Made by a program: the position numbers and the translations under genes
From: Naegleria gruberi
Lineage: Eukaryota
Reading direction: 5' to 3' (one strand)
DNA: 64,000 bases
Assembly: GCA_000004985.1 (NCBI GenBank)
Contig: GG738867.1
Part shown: piece by piece, positions 23,982 to 35,762 of the stretch
How positions within the stretch are numbered: the first letter of the stretch is position 1
Layout: the number at the start of each line of letters is the position of its first letter
The notes under the pieces: generated by a model
The model's input: only the letters and a program-made list of their open reading frames with translations
What the model was told of the DNA's origin: nothing
The model's database searches: none

Positions 23982-25115
23982 ATGTCTGTCTATGGAGACT
24001 TTCAAGCTCTCGTTGTTGACAACGGTTCTGGTATATGCAAAGCTGGTTTTGCTGGCGATGATGCTCCAAGAGCTGTCTTTCCTTCAATTGTAGGTAGACT
24101 AAAGCGACAGTCAATCATGATTGGAATGGGTGAAAAGGATGCCTATGTTGGTGATGAAGCTCAATCCAAGAGAGGCATCTTGACCTTAAGGTATCCAATT
24201 GAACACGGTATTGTTACTAATTGGGATGATATGGAAAAGATTTGGCATCACACTTTCTACAATGAATTGAGTGTTGCTCCTGAGGAACATCCAGTCTTGT
24301 TGACTGAAGCTCCTTTGAATACAAAGGCAAATAGAGAAAAGATGACTCAAATCATGTTTGAAACCTTCTCAGTTCCAGCCATGTATATTTCCATTCAAGC
24401 TGTCTTGTCTTTGTATGCTTCTGGTAGAACTACTGGTATAGTTTTAGAATCTGGTGATGGTGTTTCACACACTGTTCCAATTTTTGAAGGTTATTCGTTG
24501 CCACACACCATTTTGAGATTGGATTTGGCTGGTCGTGACTTGACTGATTGCTTGATGAAGATTTTGATGGAAAGAGGTTACTCATTCAACACTACTGCTG
24601 AAAGAGAAATTGTAAGAGATATTAAGGAAAAGCTCTGTTACGTTGCTTTGGATTTCAAAGAAGAAATGAAAGTTGCTGCTGAATCGTCTTCTGTTGAAAA
24701 GTTATATGAATTGCCAGATGGCACTGTTATAACAATTGGTAACGAACGATTCAGATGTACAGAAGTTTTATTCCAACCTAATTTCGTTGGTATGGAAGAT
24801 GCTGGTGTTCATGAAATAGCCTTCAACTCAATTGGTAAATGCGACATTGACATTAGAAAAGAATTGTTTGGAAATGTTGTCTTGTCTGGAGGTACTACCC
24901 TGTTCGAAGGTATTGCTGAAAGGATGACCAAGGAATTGACTGCTTTGGCACCAGCCTCAATGAAGATAAAGGTTGTAGCCCCACCTGAAAGAAAGTACTC
25001 AGTCTGGATTGGAGGCAGTGTCCTCGCGAGCCTTGCAACCTTTCAGCAGATGTGGATATCGAAAGAAGAATATGAGGAGGTTGGTCCTGGTTTTGTTCAT
25101 AGAAAGTGCTTCTAA
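23982..25115 (+). CDS. Actin, single exon, with a divergent N-terminus
   Basis: True ATG at 23982. Roughly 80% identity to conventional actin over 377 aa ([30 protein letters not shown] ... [40 protein letters not shown]). Confidence 0.9.
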   Translation: MSVYGDFQALVVDNGSGICKAGFAGDDAPRAVFPSIVGRLKRQSIMIGMGEKDAYVGDEAQSKRGILTLRYPIEHGIVTNWDDMEKIWHHTFYNELSVAPEEHPVLLTEAPLNTKANREKMTQIMFETFSVPAMYISIQAVLSLYASGRTTGIVLESGDGVSHTVPIFEGYSLPHTILRLDLAGRDLTDCLMKILMERGYSFNTTAEREIVRDIKEKLCYVALDFKEEMKVAAESSSVEKLYELPDGTVITIGNERFRCTEVLFQPNFVGMEDAGVHEIAFNSIGKCDIDIRKELFGNVVLSGGTTLFEGIAERMTKELTALAPASMKIKVVAPPERKYSVWIGGSVLASLATFQQMWISKEEYEEVGPGFVHRKCF

Positions 25116-25206
25116 ATTGGCTCTGTAAATCAGTACTTCCAATGAGTTTAAAACAAGTTGAATTTTCTGGTGGTGTATTTGAATAATGTTAAGATAATTG
25201 AAAAAA

Positions 25207-25324
25207 GACTACAGCACCACAGGTTCCCAAGTTGTCTCCAACCTCAGTACTGATGTGGCTCGACGATGCTTAACTTCTCAAATCGGACGGGATGAGGTGT
25301 ATTCATCGTGATATGGCCGTAGCC
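25207..25324 (-). rRNA. 5S rRNA gene (copy 1)
   Basis: Reverse complement is GGCTACGGCCATATCACGATGAATACACCTCATCCCGTCCGATTTGAGAAGTTAAGCATCGTCGAGCC...GGTGCTGTAGTC followed by a T6 Pol III terminator. Helix I pairs the 5' and 3' ends. Conserved loop-C/loop-E motifs CCCGTCCGAT and AGTTAAGC are present. Confidence 0.85.
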
Positions 25325-25775
25325 ATTCATCTTTTCAAAATCTTAATATTGAAATATTGAGAGAACATCAAGAGTCATTATCCCAAAATTCTATTGAAAA
25401 TTTGAAACTTGTTGACTTTAATGATTTTGACTTTTTTAAATTTTCTATTATTATTTTGTAAATTCTCAATTTCAGTAAGGAGGAGATGAAACAATTTAGA
25501 ATATATAACATTTAAATGAAAGCCATGAACAAACTACTGTTGAATATTAAGGTAAACTACCAAATTCAATTCATGTTTGAAAATGAAGTTGATTTCGCCA
25601 ACAATTGGAACGGAATTGCGGAGTAGATGAGGACAATTTATAAATAATACCATCCACTCTGGCATCCAACTCATTTTCCAAATGCCACACAAAACAACAA
25701 GTGGTAACCTTCTTAAAAATCATAAAACGTTGCAAATTCATGTTTCTTGTAATCAACTTGAAAGTAGTAAAAAAA

Positions 25776-28700
25776 ATGAGCAGCAACGAAGAAGCACCAA
25801 CTTTAATCAAAAATTCATCTCATAATCAAGATGATGAATTGGAGGATCTTCTCGATGCTCGGAATGAAAATGTTGTGGATGTGTTTAAGGAGGAGATTGA
25901 TGGGTCGTCTTCAGAGCCATTAGAGAATGGAGCTTCTTGGATATCACTCGTGTTCTTTTCATTTGCTGGAAGTTTGATGAGTCTTGGGTTTAGAAAGGCT
26001 GGTGAGAATTATTTGATAAAATTGATCAAACAAATGTTGAATCGAATTGGGATATTTGGTCAGTTTCAGATTAGAAAGGAGGAGGGAATGAATCATGGAG
26101 ATATTCCCAAGTTGGATGAAAGGTTCAAGGCAAACAGGCATTGTGAATTATTCGAAAGACAGTACAGAGAATTATATCATGAGAGAGGTTATTATAGTGA
26201 GGATGGAGGATTTAGGAAGAATTTTGGAACTTTATTGTTGCGAGTGATTGAGAGAGCTTATAGAAATAGAGGATTATATTCAATATCCTTGTGGAAGATT
26301 GCTGAAATGGCATGTTTGTACATGTCACCACTCATTCTCTATATTTTACTCGAGTCAATCAAGGTGGATGATTATGTGAAAAGTGCAATACCAGCAGCAA
26401 CTCAATTTTTAATACCAATTTCTTCCTACGGATTGTTGAATAATGACACTGTCATTACCTCCAATTACACAATGAACAACGAAACAAATTGGTTTCAAGA
26501 GAACTTGCCACTCTCAAATATTTTCTTCCAGTTGACTTTGGTAATTTTATTATTTACTTTCAACTCAATGGCTTCATTGTGCATCCATCAGTATTACTAT
26601 GCTACTTCAAAAATTTGGATTCCACTCATTGGAGCACTTCAAGGTTCAATCTTGCAAAAGCTGAATAGAATCAAGAGTGAGGAAAGAAGAAAATTCAAAA
26701 GTGGTGAATTGAACAATTTATTTGCCACAGATGCCAAAAGATTAGCCATGGATGGTATTGATATTCACGAGGCTTGGCTATTGCCATTGACATTAATTGT
26801 TGGTGTTGTATTGGTTTTCCTATTTTTTGGTTATAGCTCACTTGTTGGTATTCTTGCAATGGTAGTTTGTGGACCTATTCTTCCATTGTTGGGTAAATAT
26901 CAAACTAGTTTTGCTGCCAAAGCTGCCGAATTCAGAGATGAAAGAGTCAAGCACATTAGTGAGGTATTGAATGGTATTAGAATTGTCAAGTTTTATGTTT
27001 TTGAAGACAAGATGAAAGAAAAGGTGAATCAAGCAAGAGGGAAGGAATATTCACTCCTCAAAAAGTATATTACTGTATTGAGTGGATATTGCTTTACTTC
27101 TTCTTTGATTGCTGTTGTTGGAAGTGGAGCCACTTTTGTTACTTTCTATTATGTAGGTGGAAATTTGACCTTACCTAAAATGTTCACTGGTCTAGTGTTG
27201 TTTAGCACCTTTAGATTACCATTATTGTATTTGCCTTGGGTCTTTTCAAACTTGGTTTTGGCCTATGTGAGTGCTAAACGTATTGGTAGATTCTTGTTTT
27301 GTGAAGATACTTTGAATTTACCTCATGATCATGAAAATAAGGCGAATTTGTGGGATTTTGATTCAGAACATACTGAATTGTCATCAATTATGGATAATAA
27401 TTCAGCTATTGAATGTAAAGATGCATCTATTGGATGGTCAGAAGAGGATGCTCCTATTCTCACTGATTTAAATCTGAAAATTGAGAAAGGAAAGCTCTAT
27501 TGTGTAATTGGTAATACTGGTAGTGGAAAATCAACTCTGATCTCCTCAATTTATGGTGAATCTATTGTAAAGAGTGGAAAAGTTCAAGTTAACCCATCAT
27601 GTAATATTTCACTCAGTGATGAAACTCCATGGTTGATCAATGCATCTGTCATGGAAAATATAATTTTTGATAAGAATTTAACTTTTGACAGGGAAAGATA
27701 CAATAGAGTATTGGATGTGTGTCAATTAAGAGACGACCTCAGTCAATTCCCAAATCATGATCAAACCGAAATTGGTTTTTCTGGAATTAACCTTTCAGGA
27801 GGTCAAAAACATAGAATTAGTTTAGCCAGAGCATGTTATAGTAATTCTGAAATTATCTTAATGGATTCCACTCTCAACTCAATTGATGCCAAATTGTGTA
27901 GAAAGATTTTTAATGAATGTATTAGTGGATATTTGAAGGACAGAACTAGAATTCTCGTAACGCACTCGCTGCAGTTGTTGGAAATGGCTGATGAAGTCAT
28001 TGTTTTAGAGAATGGAAAATTGATTGCCAAAGGCCCTCTGAAGGATATTAAGGATTCCTATGACTTTTCCAAACTAATCTCTGAACAGGAAGAAGAACTT
28101 GAAACTGTAGAGAAAGAAGCAATTGAGAAGGAAAAGAAACAAGATGAAAAGAAGGGCCAACTTGTAGCTGTGGAAGATAAGAGCCACGGTGAAGTTAGTT
28201 GGGCTGTCTTTATGGCCTATATCCGTCAGTGTGGAATTTTCTTGACACTTCTCAGTCTCTTTATGAATCTATTATCTATTGGAGCAAAAACAGCAAGTCA
28301 AGTCTGGATATCTGTTATGAATAGTGACCTGCTTGGATTACCTCTGGGTACCTATGTTTGGGTCTTCTTCTCTTTTGGATTAATGGATTGTTTCATCATC
28401 TTCTTTAAGGAGTTAACTTTAGGTTTTGCTACTCTAAGAGGTTCGACCAATTTGCATAGAGGTATGCTGAATAACATTCTAAGAGCTCCAATACAATTCT
28501 TTGATCAGAATCCAGTCGGAAGAGTATTGAATAGATTTACTCAAGATTTAGAAACTTTGGATAATATGGTAATGCCTGCCTCTGATTTTATTGGAAATGT
28601 GTTGAATATTTTCTTTACCCTAACTCTGATATCTATAATCAATCCAATGTTTTTAATTGTGGTTATTCCAATCGGTTTAGCATTTTACTTTATTCAAGAA

Positions 28701-30036
28701 TATTATAGAACTACCTCAAGAGAACTTAGAAGATTGGAATCAATCTCAAAGAGTCCAGTCATGTCACATTTCAATTCATGCCTCGAAGGTGTCAATACTG
28801 TTAAGGCATCGCTTGTACATTCGAATATTTATGCAGATAGTTTTTCAAAGATTGACTTTGCCAACAAACATACCTTTAACAGATTTATGATAAACAGATG
28901 GTTGGGAGTAAGAATTCATCTCAGTAAGTATCTATTCACATTAATAATGTTTCTCATATATTTCACAGTTTCTCAATCAGTTTTGTTCTTCACAGCAATT
29001 TTTGCCATCATTGCCAAAAATACACAAGATATTAGTCCAGCTTTCCTTGCCTTGACTATTTCAAACTCTCTCCAGTTGAGTGATTGTTTCCAAGGTCTGG
29101 TTCGTTCTTTTGTTGAAGTTGAAAGTAATATGACTTGTGTGGAGAGAATTGTTTATTATGCCCAGAGTATCTCACAAGAAGCTGCCTATGACAAAGAAGG
29201 AGATCCAACCACAACCGAATGGCCAACTAAGGGACATATTCAATTAGATAAATTCTCAGTAAGATACAGAGATGATTTAGATCCAGTTTTGAAGAATCTT
29301 GATTTGGATATCAAAGCAGGAACCAAAGTTGGTGTTGTAGGAAGGTAAGTTGTTTAATATTTCTTAACATTTCTAATAATCATAATAGAACTGGAAGTGG
29401 AAAGAGTACTTTATTGATTTCACTGTTCAGATTCCTCGAAGCTAACGAAGGTAAAATCTCCATTGATGGTCAGATATTTCGAGTATTGGTTTGAGAGCTT
29501 TACGTAAAGCTTTATTAATCATTCCCCAACAACCTGTTCTATTCTCTGGATCTATTCGATACAATTTGGATCCTTTTGATGAATTTGAGGATTATGAAAT
29601 TTGGAATGCCCTCGAACGAGTTCACATGAAAGAGAAGATTCAACCACTCCAGCTCTCATTCACCGTTACTGAGAATGGTAGCAATTTTTCAATTGGTGAA
29701 AGACAATTGCTTTCCTTGAGTAGGTGCATTTTGAGGAAGGCAAAGATTATCATCTTTGATGAATCGACTGCATTTGTGGACCATAATAGTGATGCATTGG
29801 TTCAGAAGGTTATCAGAGAGGAATTTAAAGATAGTACCATCATAACTGTTGCTCACAGATTGGACACCATCATTGATTCCGATAGTATTGTCTTTATGAA
29901 GGAGGGTGAGATTATTGAGACTGGAAGTCCTAAGGATTTACTCTTGGATGAAAGATCGAATTTCTCCTCTCTTGTGAGAGAAACTGGTAAACAGTACTCC
30001 GATCATTTGAAGAAGCAAGCTTTTAAACTTCCTTAA
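25776..30036 (+). CDS. ABC transporter, ABCC/MRP subfamily (TMD-NBD-TMD-NBD). Exons are 25776..29344 and 29389..30036; the intron is 44 nt. There is an apparent 1-nt deletion frameshift at about 29471-29473 inside NBD2.
   Basis: The ORF-track start at 25701 is GTG; the ATG is at 25776. NBD1 has Walker [10 protein letters not shown], signature [14 protein letters not shown] and Walker B IILMDS. Splice GGAAG|GTAAGT...CATAATAG|AACTGG restores the NBD2 Walker A ([14 protein letters not shown]). NBD2 has signature [13 protein letters not shown], Walker [10 protein letters not shown] and H-loop TVAHRL. Expected GKISIDG[12 protein letters not shown] is split across two frames. Confidence 0.8.
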
Positions 30037-30160
30037 TAATTTTTTATTAAAATACAATTTGAAGATTTAACGAAACTTTCTTTAATGGCTCACACTTTAA
30101 AATCAATACAAACCTACATGTAAGGGAGAAGTTTTCTTTTGAAGGCTGATAAAAGGCTAT

Positions 30161-33100
30161 TTATTTATATGGATTATCGCCATAATTTGAATCGACAATT
30201 ACGACACCAATTACTTTGTGCTTGGTATTGTAGGCAAAAAGATACCAATAATTATCTACCAAAACTGAATAGTACAAAACTTGAGTAATCTTTTCCTTAT
30301 ACATTTCTCTCTTGACTGCAATATTCTGCATTGAAAAAACAAAGTTAGTCAACTGGTGGGCGTGATGTGAAATTTGCTCCTCAATAAATCTGAGCATACT
30401 CTTTTCAGATTTCTTGCTTGCCTTGATTTTCTCGTACATTTGTAACATTGAGTCATCCAAGTTGCATTCATTGAAAATGAACAAGAGCAGGGAAATAAAG
30501 TGGGCACTGTCCAATGATGGAGGAGTATTCATCAATACTGTATTATTGTCTAAAATATCCTTGTGTTTTCTATCCTTCTCGTTAAAGATAAAATAGGTAA
30601 TGTCTTCATTCTTGAAGTGATGTTTGAATTCTGCCAAGCATCTCCATGAAAGTTTGCACTCTCTTGTTTGCATAATATTTTGCAATTTGTGGAATGGATT
30701 GAAAGCCACAGTTTCAACTGTTTTAATCCTTGTAAAAATGTCCATCCATAACTTTTCATTATCAATAACATTGATACCGTAGAAGTTTTTAGAAACTTGG
30801 CACCAGGTAGCAATTTCTTTCACTTCCAAAAATTCGAATATCTTTCTCCACATGTCATGAGTAACTGAATCAATGTTTTGAGGTTTGATTTCTTTAGCTC
30901 CAACAAATGTCAAATAGTCATCAATTTCCTCCTTAATCATACCACTATATAAAATACGAGACAATGTCAGAGGTGAAATACCATCTTGATTTACGCAATT
31001 CACATCGACCAAGCATTCCTCTATGAGATATTGAATTACTGCAATGTCAGGAACTCTGATAGCATCAAATAGAACAGTCTCATTCTTATCGAAGGTTCTA
31101 ACTCTGGCAACAGAACCAACATCATGATGAATGGAAAAGTCTTCAAAGAGGCATATTGGATTTTCAGAGACAGCATCCCTAAGTAACACTTCAGTTACAA
31201 TAAATCCGAAATGTTTTGCAAAATCCAATTGTGGATTGTATTCTTTGAAAAATGGATTTTTGCCTCCCATCATTTTACTAATGAGAATAGCACGTCTATC
31301 ATAGTTGGTAATCTTGTCATCCTCATAGGCATTTTGCTTTTTCAAATTCTCAATAGAGAAGGGATGTTGATCCATTGGTTTTAAAAGCAATGCAAGTTTT
31401 GTTGTATCACTTTTCTTATAACAAGATCTTATGAGTAAACAGAAAAGAACCATATGATAGTAAGGGTAGTAAGCTAATGTTGGGAAAATGCATAGAATCC
31501 AGTCTACAAAGAATTGATCATCCAATTTTGGATCATCGCAGGTTTCAAAGAAATATTTAGTCATCGCATGAAGGCATGATATTAACATAATAGTTGAACA
31601 TTCATCCAACATGATATCGTAATCGTGAAGGGAATCAGATGTTACATTGAAAGAAAAGTCCTTTCCAAGTTGTTTACCAAGTTTTTCTGCTACATCATCA
31701 AACATGAATTCAACTGGATCATAGTAAGTAACACTTTGAAGTCTTTCTACAATAGAGTTAAGATCACAGGAAGTGTCACTTAGAATAAATCCAGAAAGTG
31801 ACAGATTGACAGTTTTTTCCGAAATGCTAACCTCAATATTCACACCAAAAATATTGTTTGAGCAGAGATATCGTTGTACTGCTTTTTGGATTTCTCTAAG
31901 GATTGGATCCTTCTTGACTTTAGGTGTCTTGACTTTCTTTGTTGCCTCTGTATTTGAAGGACTTGGAGTTGAATCAACAACAGGTGTAGATGATTTCTTT
32001 GGAGTAGAGACCTCTTCCTCAATTTGTTTGGTAGGTGTTGATGATGTATTGGAAACAATATCAATGTTTTTAACCATCTTTTCAATTGTCTTTTTTCGTT
32101 CAGAAGTTGAGATGTTAACTCTCCTTTCCAGAGTTTGACGTCTTCTTGCCATTCTTTCTTTTTCATCGTTAGATTCTTGATCTTCCATGAGAGTTGCCAA
32201 TCGCTCCATAAGTTGTGAATCGTTTTCAATTGCTGGAATTGGTGGTGTCTGTATTATTGATTTAGGTTTAGCAAATCTGACAGAAACTTTTCTTGGAGCT
32301 TGCTCCACAGCTTCATCATCTGGTAATGTACCATTTCCAAATATATATTCTGTATATTCAATAAGTGTTTTTGTCAAGTGATTAATCCATTTGGCATGTC
32401 TCATCAAATCCATTACATCCAATTCACCTCTATCCCTCAAAATGTTTGGAGCAAAAACAATTGCAAGATTATCTGCCGTCATTTTGTTTTTAGAGGAATT
32501 AAGACTGACCAAACGTAAAAAGTCACATAACATTTTCAAAGTATTGAAATAGTGTTTTGGTAAAAATTGAATAACTTTCTTGATGGTTTCCAATCTTGCC
32601 CTCTCTTCTGGAATTCTCTCTGCAGCAATAAACATTCCATAACAATCAAATGATAATAAAGGATCACTCAATTCTCTAAAGTAAATCTTGATCAAGGCTG
32701 CAGGTAAATGTACATCATGCTTTGAAAAATCAATATCCATATTTACATCATTCTCCAGTTGAGAAATTACAGAATCCAAACTATCCTTCATAGTCGATAC
32801 TCTAAATAATCCCTCCTCATCTAAACCATTCTGAGTCAGATAAATAATTGCACTACAAACAAACTTGGGAATTAAATTCATATCCTCTGGAAGTGGATGT
32901 CCAAACACCACTGAATTTGGATAATTTTCACTGGTCGATAGTTCGGTGCTACATATTGACGAAGATGATGATGCCGATGGAAAGTGTTTGCTTTTTCCTC
33001 CCTTTGGTGTTGTTGGAGTGGTTGGTGTATTCTCGCCACTGCTTGATGTTCCCTTCCTAAAGCTTTTTTGTTTTAATTTAAAAAACGATGCAATTTTCAT
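30161..33100 (-). CDS. RhoGAP-domain protein with a C-terminal F-box-like motif
   Basis: True ATG at 33100. RhoGAP motifs: VFGHPL...EGLFRVS...DVHLPAALIKIYFRELSDPLL...NKMTADNLAIVFAPNILR. F-box-like near the C-terminus: WRKIFEFLEVKEIATWCQVSKNFYGINVIDNEKLWMDIF. Confidence 0.7.
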   Translation of the reverse strand: MKIASFFKLKQKSFRKGTSSSGENTPTTPTTPKGGKSKHFPSASSSSSICSTELSTSENYPNSVVFGHPLPEDMNLIPKFVCSAIIYLTQNGLDEEGLFRVSTMKDSLDSVISQLENDVNMDIDFSKHDVHLPAALIKIYFRELSDPLLSFDCYGMFIAAERIPEERARLETIKKVIQFLPKHYFNTLKMLCDFLRLVSLNSSKNKMTADNLAIVFAPNILRDRGELDVMDLMRHAKWINHLTKTLIEYTEYIFGNGTLPDDEAVEQAPRKVSVRFAKPKSIIQTPPIPAIENDSQLMERLATLMEDQESNDEKERMARRRQTLERRVNISTSERKKTIEKMVKNIDIVSNTSSTPTKQIEEEVSTPKKSSTPVVDSTPSPSNTEATKKVKTPKVKKDPILREIQKAVQRYLCSNNIFGVNIEVSISEKTVNLSLSGFILSDTSCDLNSIVERLQSVTYYDPVEFMFDDVAEKLGKQLGKDFSFNVTSDSLHDYDIMLDECSTIMLISCLHAMTKYFFETCDDPKLDDQFFVDWILCIFPTLAYYPYYHMVLFCLLIRSCYKKSDTTKLALLLKPMDQHPFSIENLKKQNAYEDDKITNYDRRAILISKMMGGKNPFFKEYNPQLDFAKHFGFIVTEVLLRDAVSENPICLFEDFSIHHDVGSVARVRTFDKNETVLFDAIRVPDIAVIQYLIEECLVDVNCVNQDGISPLTLSRILYSGMIKEEIDDYLTFVGAKEIKPQNIDSVTHDMWRKIFEFLEVKEIATWCQVSKNFYGINVIDNEKLWMDIFTRIKTVETVAFNPFHKLQNIMQTRECKLSWRCLAEFKHHFKNEDITYFIFNEKDRKHKDILDNNTVLMNTPPSLDSAHFISLLLFIFNECNLDDSMLQMYEKIKASKKSEKSMLRFIEEQISHHAHQLTNFVFSMQNIAVKREMYKEKITQVLYYSVLVDNYWYLFAYNTKHKVIGVVIVDSNYGDNPYK

Positions 33101-33453
33101 TGTGTAAATTTTGGCGCCAATTTATGTCAGTTTTGTAGAATGTTCTAGTTGGTGGTGAAATAGTGATATGATGATTGGTAATTGTTTTTTGAAAATGATG
33201 AGGGTTCTATCAGTAGCTGATCAGAGAGAAGTACTGTGTGGCTACACAACCTGTCAGCATACGAGAACTTTGGGAGTTTTTTTTGTCGCTTGTCAAGTGT
33301 TTTGACATGTTGAATAGAGAAGAAATAAAGAGGCCTTTTTGGCTTGATCTGGTCTATCAGGCTATTAATGTTTGAGAGAAAATTAATAATTTATGAATAA
33401 TTCTAAAATCATACAGTAAATGCAATGTAAAATCCCATGTTATTAACTTTGCA

Positions 33454-34473
33454 TTACCACCATTTCTTTGAAAAGAGACTTGTCCATGTGTTTTGAACAA
33501 AATCGAATGGTCTTTTGAAAATACTTTTCAGTAAAATCCCAAAAACATTCTTGAGCATAAAGACACTTGGGTCAACTTTTGGTTTTGGTAATGTGACAAG
33601 GGTGGCACTTGGCAGGTAATAAATGGTGAGTGGAATAATTTTGATCTTTTGTTCACATTCACGTGAAATTTGCAAATCTTGTTCAAATTCTTCCTTTGAA
33701 AAGCATTCTAGTAATGTATTGTGTAAATAATTTCTATCGAAAATTTTCTTTCCAATTCCTGGATAAGCAATAAGGAATGGTTTCTTGAATTGTGTATCAA
33801 ATTTGGAAAAGTTCAATAACACAGCTTCGTAGAGCTTTTCGACTGTATCCTTAGTAGATAATACTAATTTTTGAACAGCACCATTCACATATCTAATATT
33901 GATTTGGACATGTTCAGCTTCAGTAACAACTTTAGAAGCTTCACTCTTTGATAAACTATCAGAAATGCATTTTTGATTATTCTTCAACATTTCCTTAATT
34001 GTCGATATTAATTGATTTTCCTCATCCAATCCAGAACAAATATCCAACCCACCAACAAGTTCCTTATTCACATAAACTTGAGGGAATGTTGGGAAATTTC
34101 CATACTTTTTAAATCCCAAATAAATTTTCTTTTGAGCCTCATCATTTTGATCCAGAGATTTAACATCAAATGAAGAAAATTGAATACCCCTACTAATCAA
34201 CAGGGAAACAATTCTCTTTGAAAATTTACAGAAAGGTCTATCGGCATCTCCTTTTATCAGTAAAACAATTGGAGTTTTTCCCAGAATTTCCTCAACTTTT
34301 TTCCTTGTTTCTTCATCTAGTGGTGTATCATCAATAGTTTGTTTATTCTTCAATTCCGATGATGGTTGTTCATCATCTTTAACTTTTAATATGGGTTCTA
34401 TTGTGTTGTTATTGTTGCTGGACATTTTTTTCAAGTTGTTAAATATTAACAATGAATTCGGAGAAAACGACAT
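33454..34473 (-). CDS. Glutaredoxin-domain protein with a C-terminal UBX-like domain
   Basis: True ATG at 34473. Monothiol Grx-like PIVLLIKGDADRPFCKFSKRIVSLL...FPTFPQVYVNKELVGGLD. UBX/ubiquitin-like beta-grasp pattern INIRYVNGAVQKLVLSTKDTVEKLYEAVL. Confidence 0.55.
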   Translation of the reverse strand: MSFSPNSLLIFNNLKKMSSNNNNTIEPILKVKDDEQPSSELKNKQTIDDTPLDEETRKKVEEILGKTPIVLLIKGDADRPFCKFSKRIVSLLISRGIQFSSFDVKSLDQNDEAQKKIYLGFKKYGNFPTFPQVYVNKELVGGLDICSGLDEENQLISTIKEMLKNNQKCISDSLSKSEASKVVTEAEHVQINIRYVNGAVQKLVLSTKDTVEKLYEAVLLNFSKFDTQFKKPFLIAYPGIGKKIFDRNYLHNTLLECFSKEEFEQDLQISRECEQKIKIIPLTIYYLPSATLVTLPKPKVDPSVFMLKNVFGILLKSIFKRPFDFVQNTWTSLFSKKWW

Positions 34474-34893
34474 TTTCGGAATGTGTCGAGTTGTAAGCTT
34501 TGTTATTGAATATTAATATTGTTTAATATTAAATATCCAAATGGGAAAACACCACATATTTTCTTCTCTACCAACACATTTGATTTTTTCCTGTATATTC
34601 TAATAAAACAATGTACATTGATTCAAATAACAACATCATTATCCATTGAATTAAATTATGCTACTATTTCCATCATCCTATATTGTTGTATTTTGCTTCA
34701 TCTCTCCTTAATCATTGTAGTGGAAATTTTTCCTATTCGCTCTCTTGACGTGGCTGAACATATTTCAACGTTCATATTTTTACTCCATCAAGCAAACAAC
34801 AATTCAGCGCTAAGCATAGAAGCAGAGGATTGAAGCGGACAATGAAAAGTTTTTAATAAAAAATAATTCTTTAAATCTTTATTATCTATCACC

Positions 34894-35710
34894 ATGTTCC
34901 TCTTCGATTGGTTTTGGTCCATCTTGAGTGCTCTCGGCTTGTATCAAAAGTCTGGTAAGATTTTGTTTTTGGGATTGGACAATGCTGGTAAGACTACTCT
35001 CTTGCACATGTTGAAGAGCGAAAAACTTGGTACTTACTCACCAACTCAACATCCAAGTAAGTATTAATACAATGTAGTGGAGTGAGGAGAATTCTTTTGT
35101 CATCATATGATCATCAATTATTGATAATATTTTAAAAATCTTTTGTATTATTGTAAAATTATTATAATATTAATAATATTGATAATAATATTAATAATAA
35201 TAGACGTTGAGGAACTCACTATGGGAAATATGAATTTTAAAACAATAGATCTTGGTGGACACGTCTTAGGTAAATATTAATATGTGATGATTTGTTGATT
35301 AAAATTATTTAGCTAGAAGATTGTGGAAGGATTACTTTACATCAGACGTTAGTGCTGTTGTCTTCTTAGTCGACTCTGCTGATAATGGTCGTTTCGAAGA
35401 AGCTTCAAAGGAATTGCACGGTCTTCTCGGATATGAAGATTTGCAAAAGGTTCCATTCTTAATTTTAGGTAACAAGATCGACAAGCCACAAGCTATTGGT
35501 GAACAACAATTGGCTTACTATTTGAAGGTTGATGGTTTGCTCACAGGCAAGCAACACGGAATTGACAAGGATGGAGGTCGTCGTCCAGTTGAAATTTTCA
35601 TGTGCAGCATAGTGAATCAAATGGGTTATGGAGAAGGTTTCCAAGTAAGTATTTTGATTTTCAAACTGTTTTATTAACTATTTCAAAAGTGGCTTTCATC
35701 CAAGTTCTAA
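34894..35710 (+). CDS. SAR1: SAR1 small GTPase (COPII). Four exons: 34894..35056, 35204..35269, 35311..35644 and 35690..35710.
   Basis: [41 protein letters not shown] ... [12 protein letters not shown] ... ARRLWKDYF ... [11 protein letters not shown] ... [21 protein letters not shown]|WLSSKF. All three introns (147, 41 and 45 nt) have GTAAGT/GTAAAT donors and AG acceptors in correct phase. Confidence 0.85.
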
Positions 35711-35762
35711 ATTCTTTTGTAAATTTCAATAAATTCAACATATGTAATTTAAATCTGCTTTC

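Noticed and set aside
23791-24093. 100-aa ORF overlapping the actin start, and the many other 60-130 aa ORFs nested inside or antisense to large genes (for example 1302..1493, 1372..1578, 12554..12820, 16716..17192, 31840..32229, 44133..44531, 62208..62474)
   Set aside because: They are low-complexity and have no conserved motifs. They lie entirely within well-supported genes on other frames or strands. Several start with non-ATG codons, as the track allows GTG/TTG.
29455-29477. A 23-nt GT...AG segment (GTAAAATCTCCATTGATGGTCAG) that would restore the ABCC NBD2 frame if spliced out as a mini-intron
   Set aside because: It is far shorter than any verified intron here (at least 38 nt). Removing it deletes the conserved G-K-I-S-I-D-G residues. 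Keeping it and assuming a 1-nt indel yields the canonical motif. The same reasoning applies to the 13-nt and 17-nt GT..AG stretches at the P4H and cyclase frameshifts.
34519-34833. 104-aa ORF upstream of SAR1
   Set aside because: It is a hydrophobic, Ile/Leu-rich translation of AT-rich promoter DNA between two divergent genes and has no homology signal.
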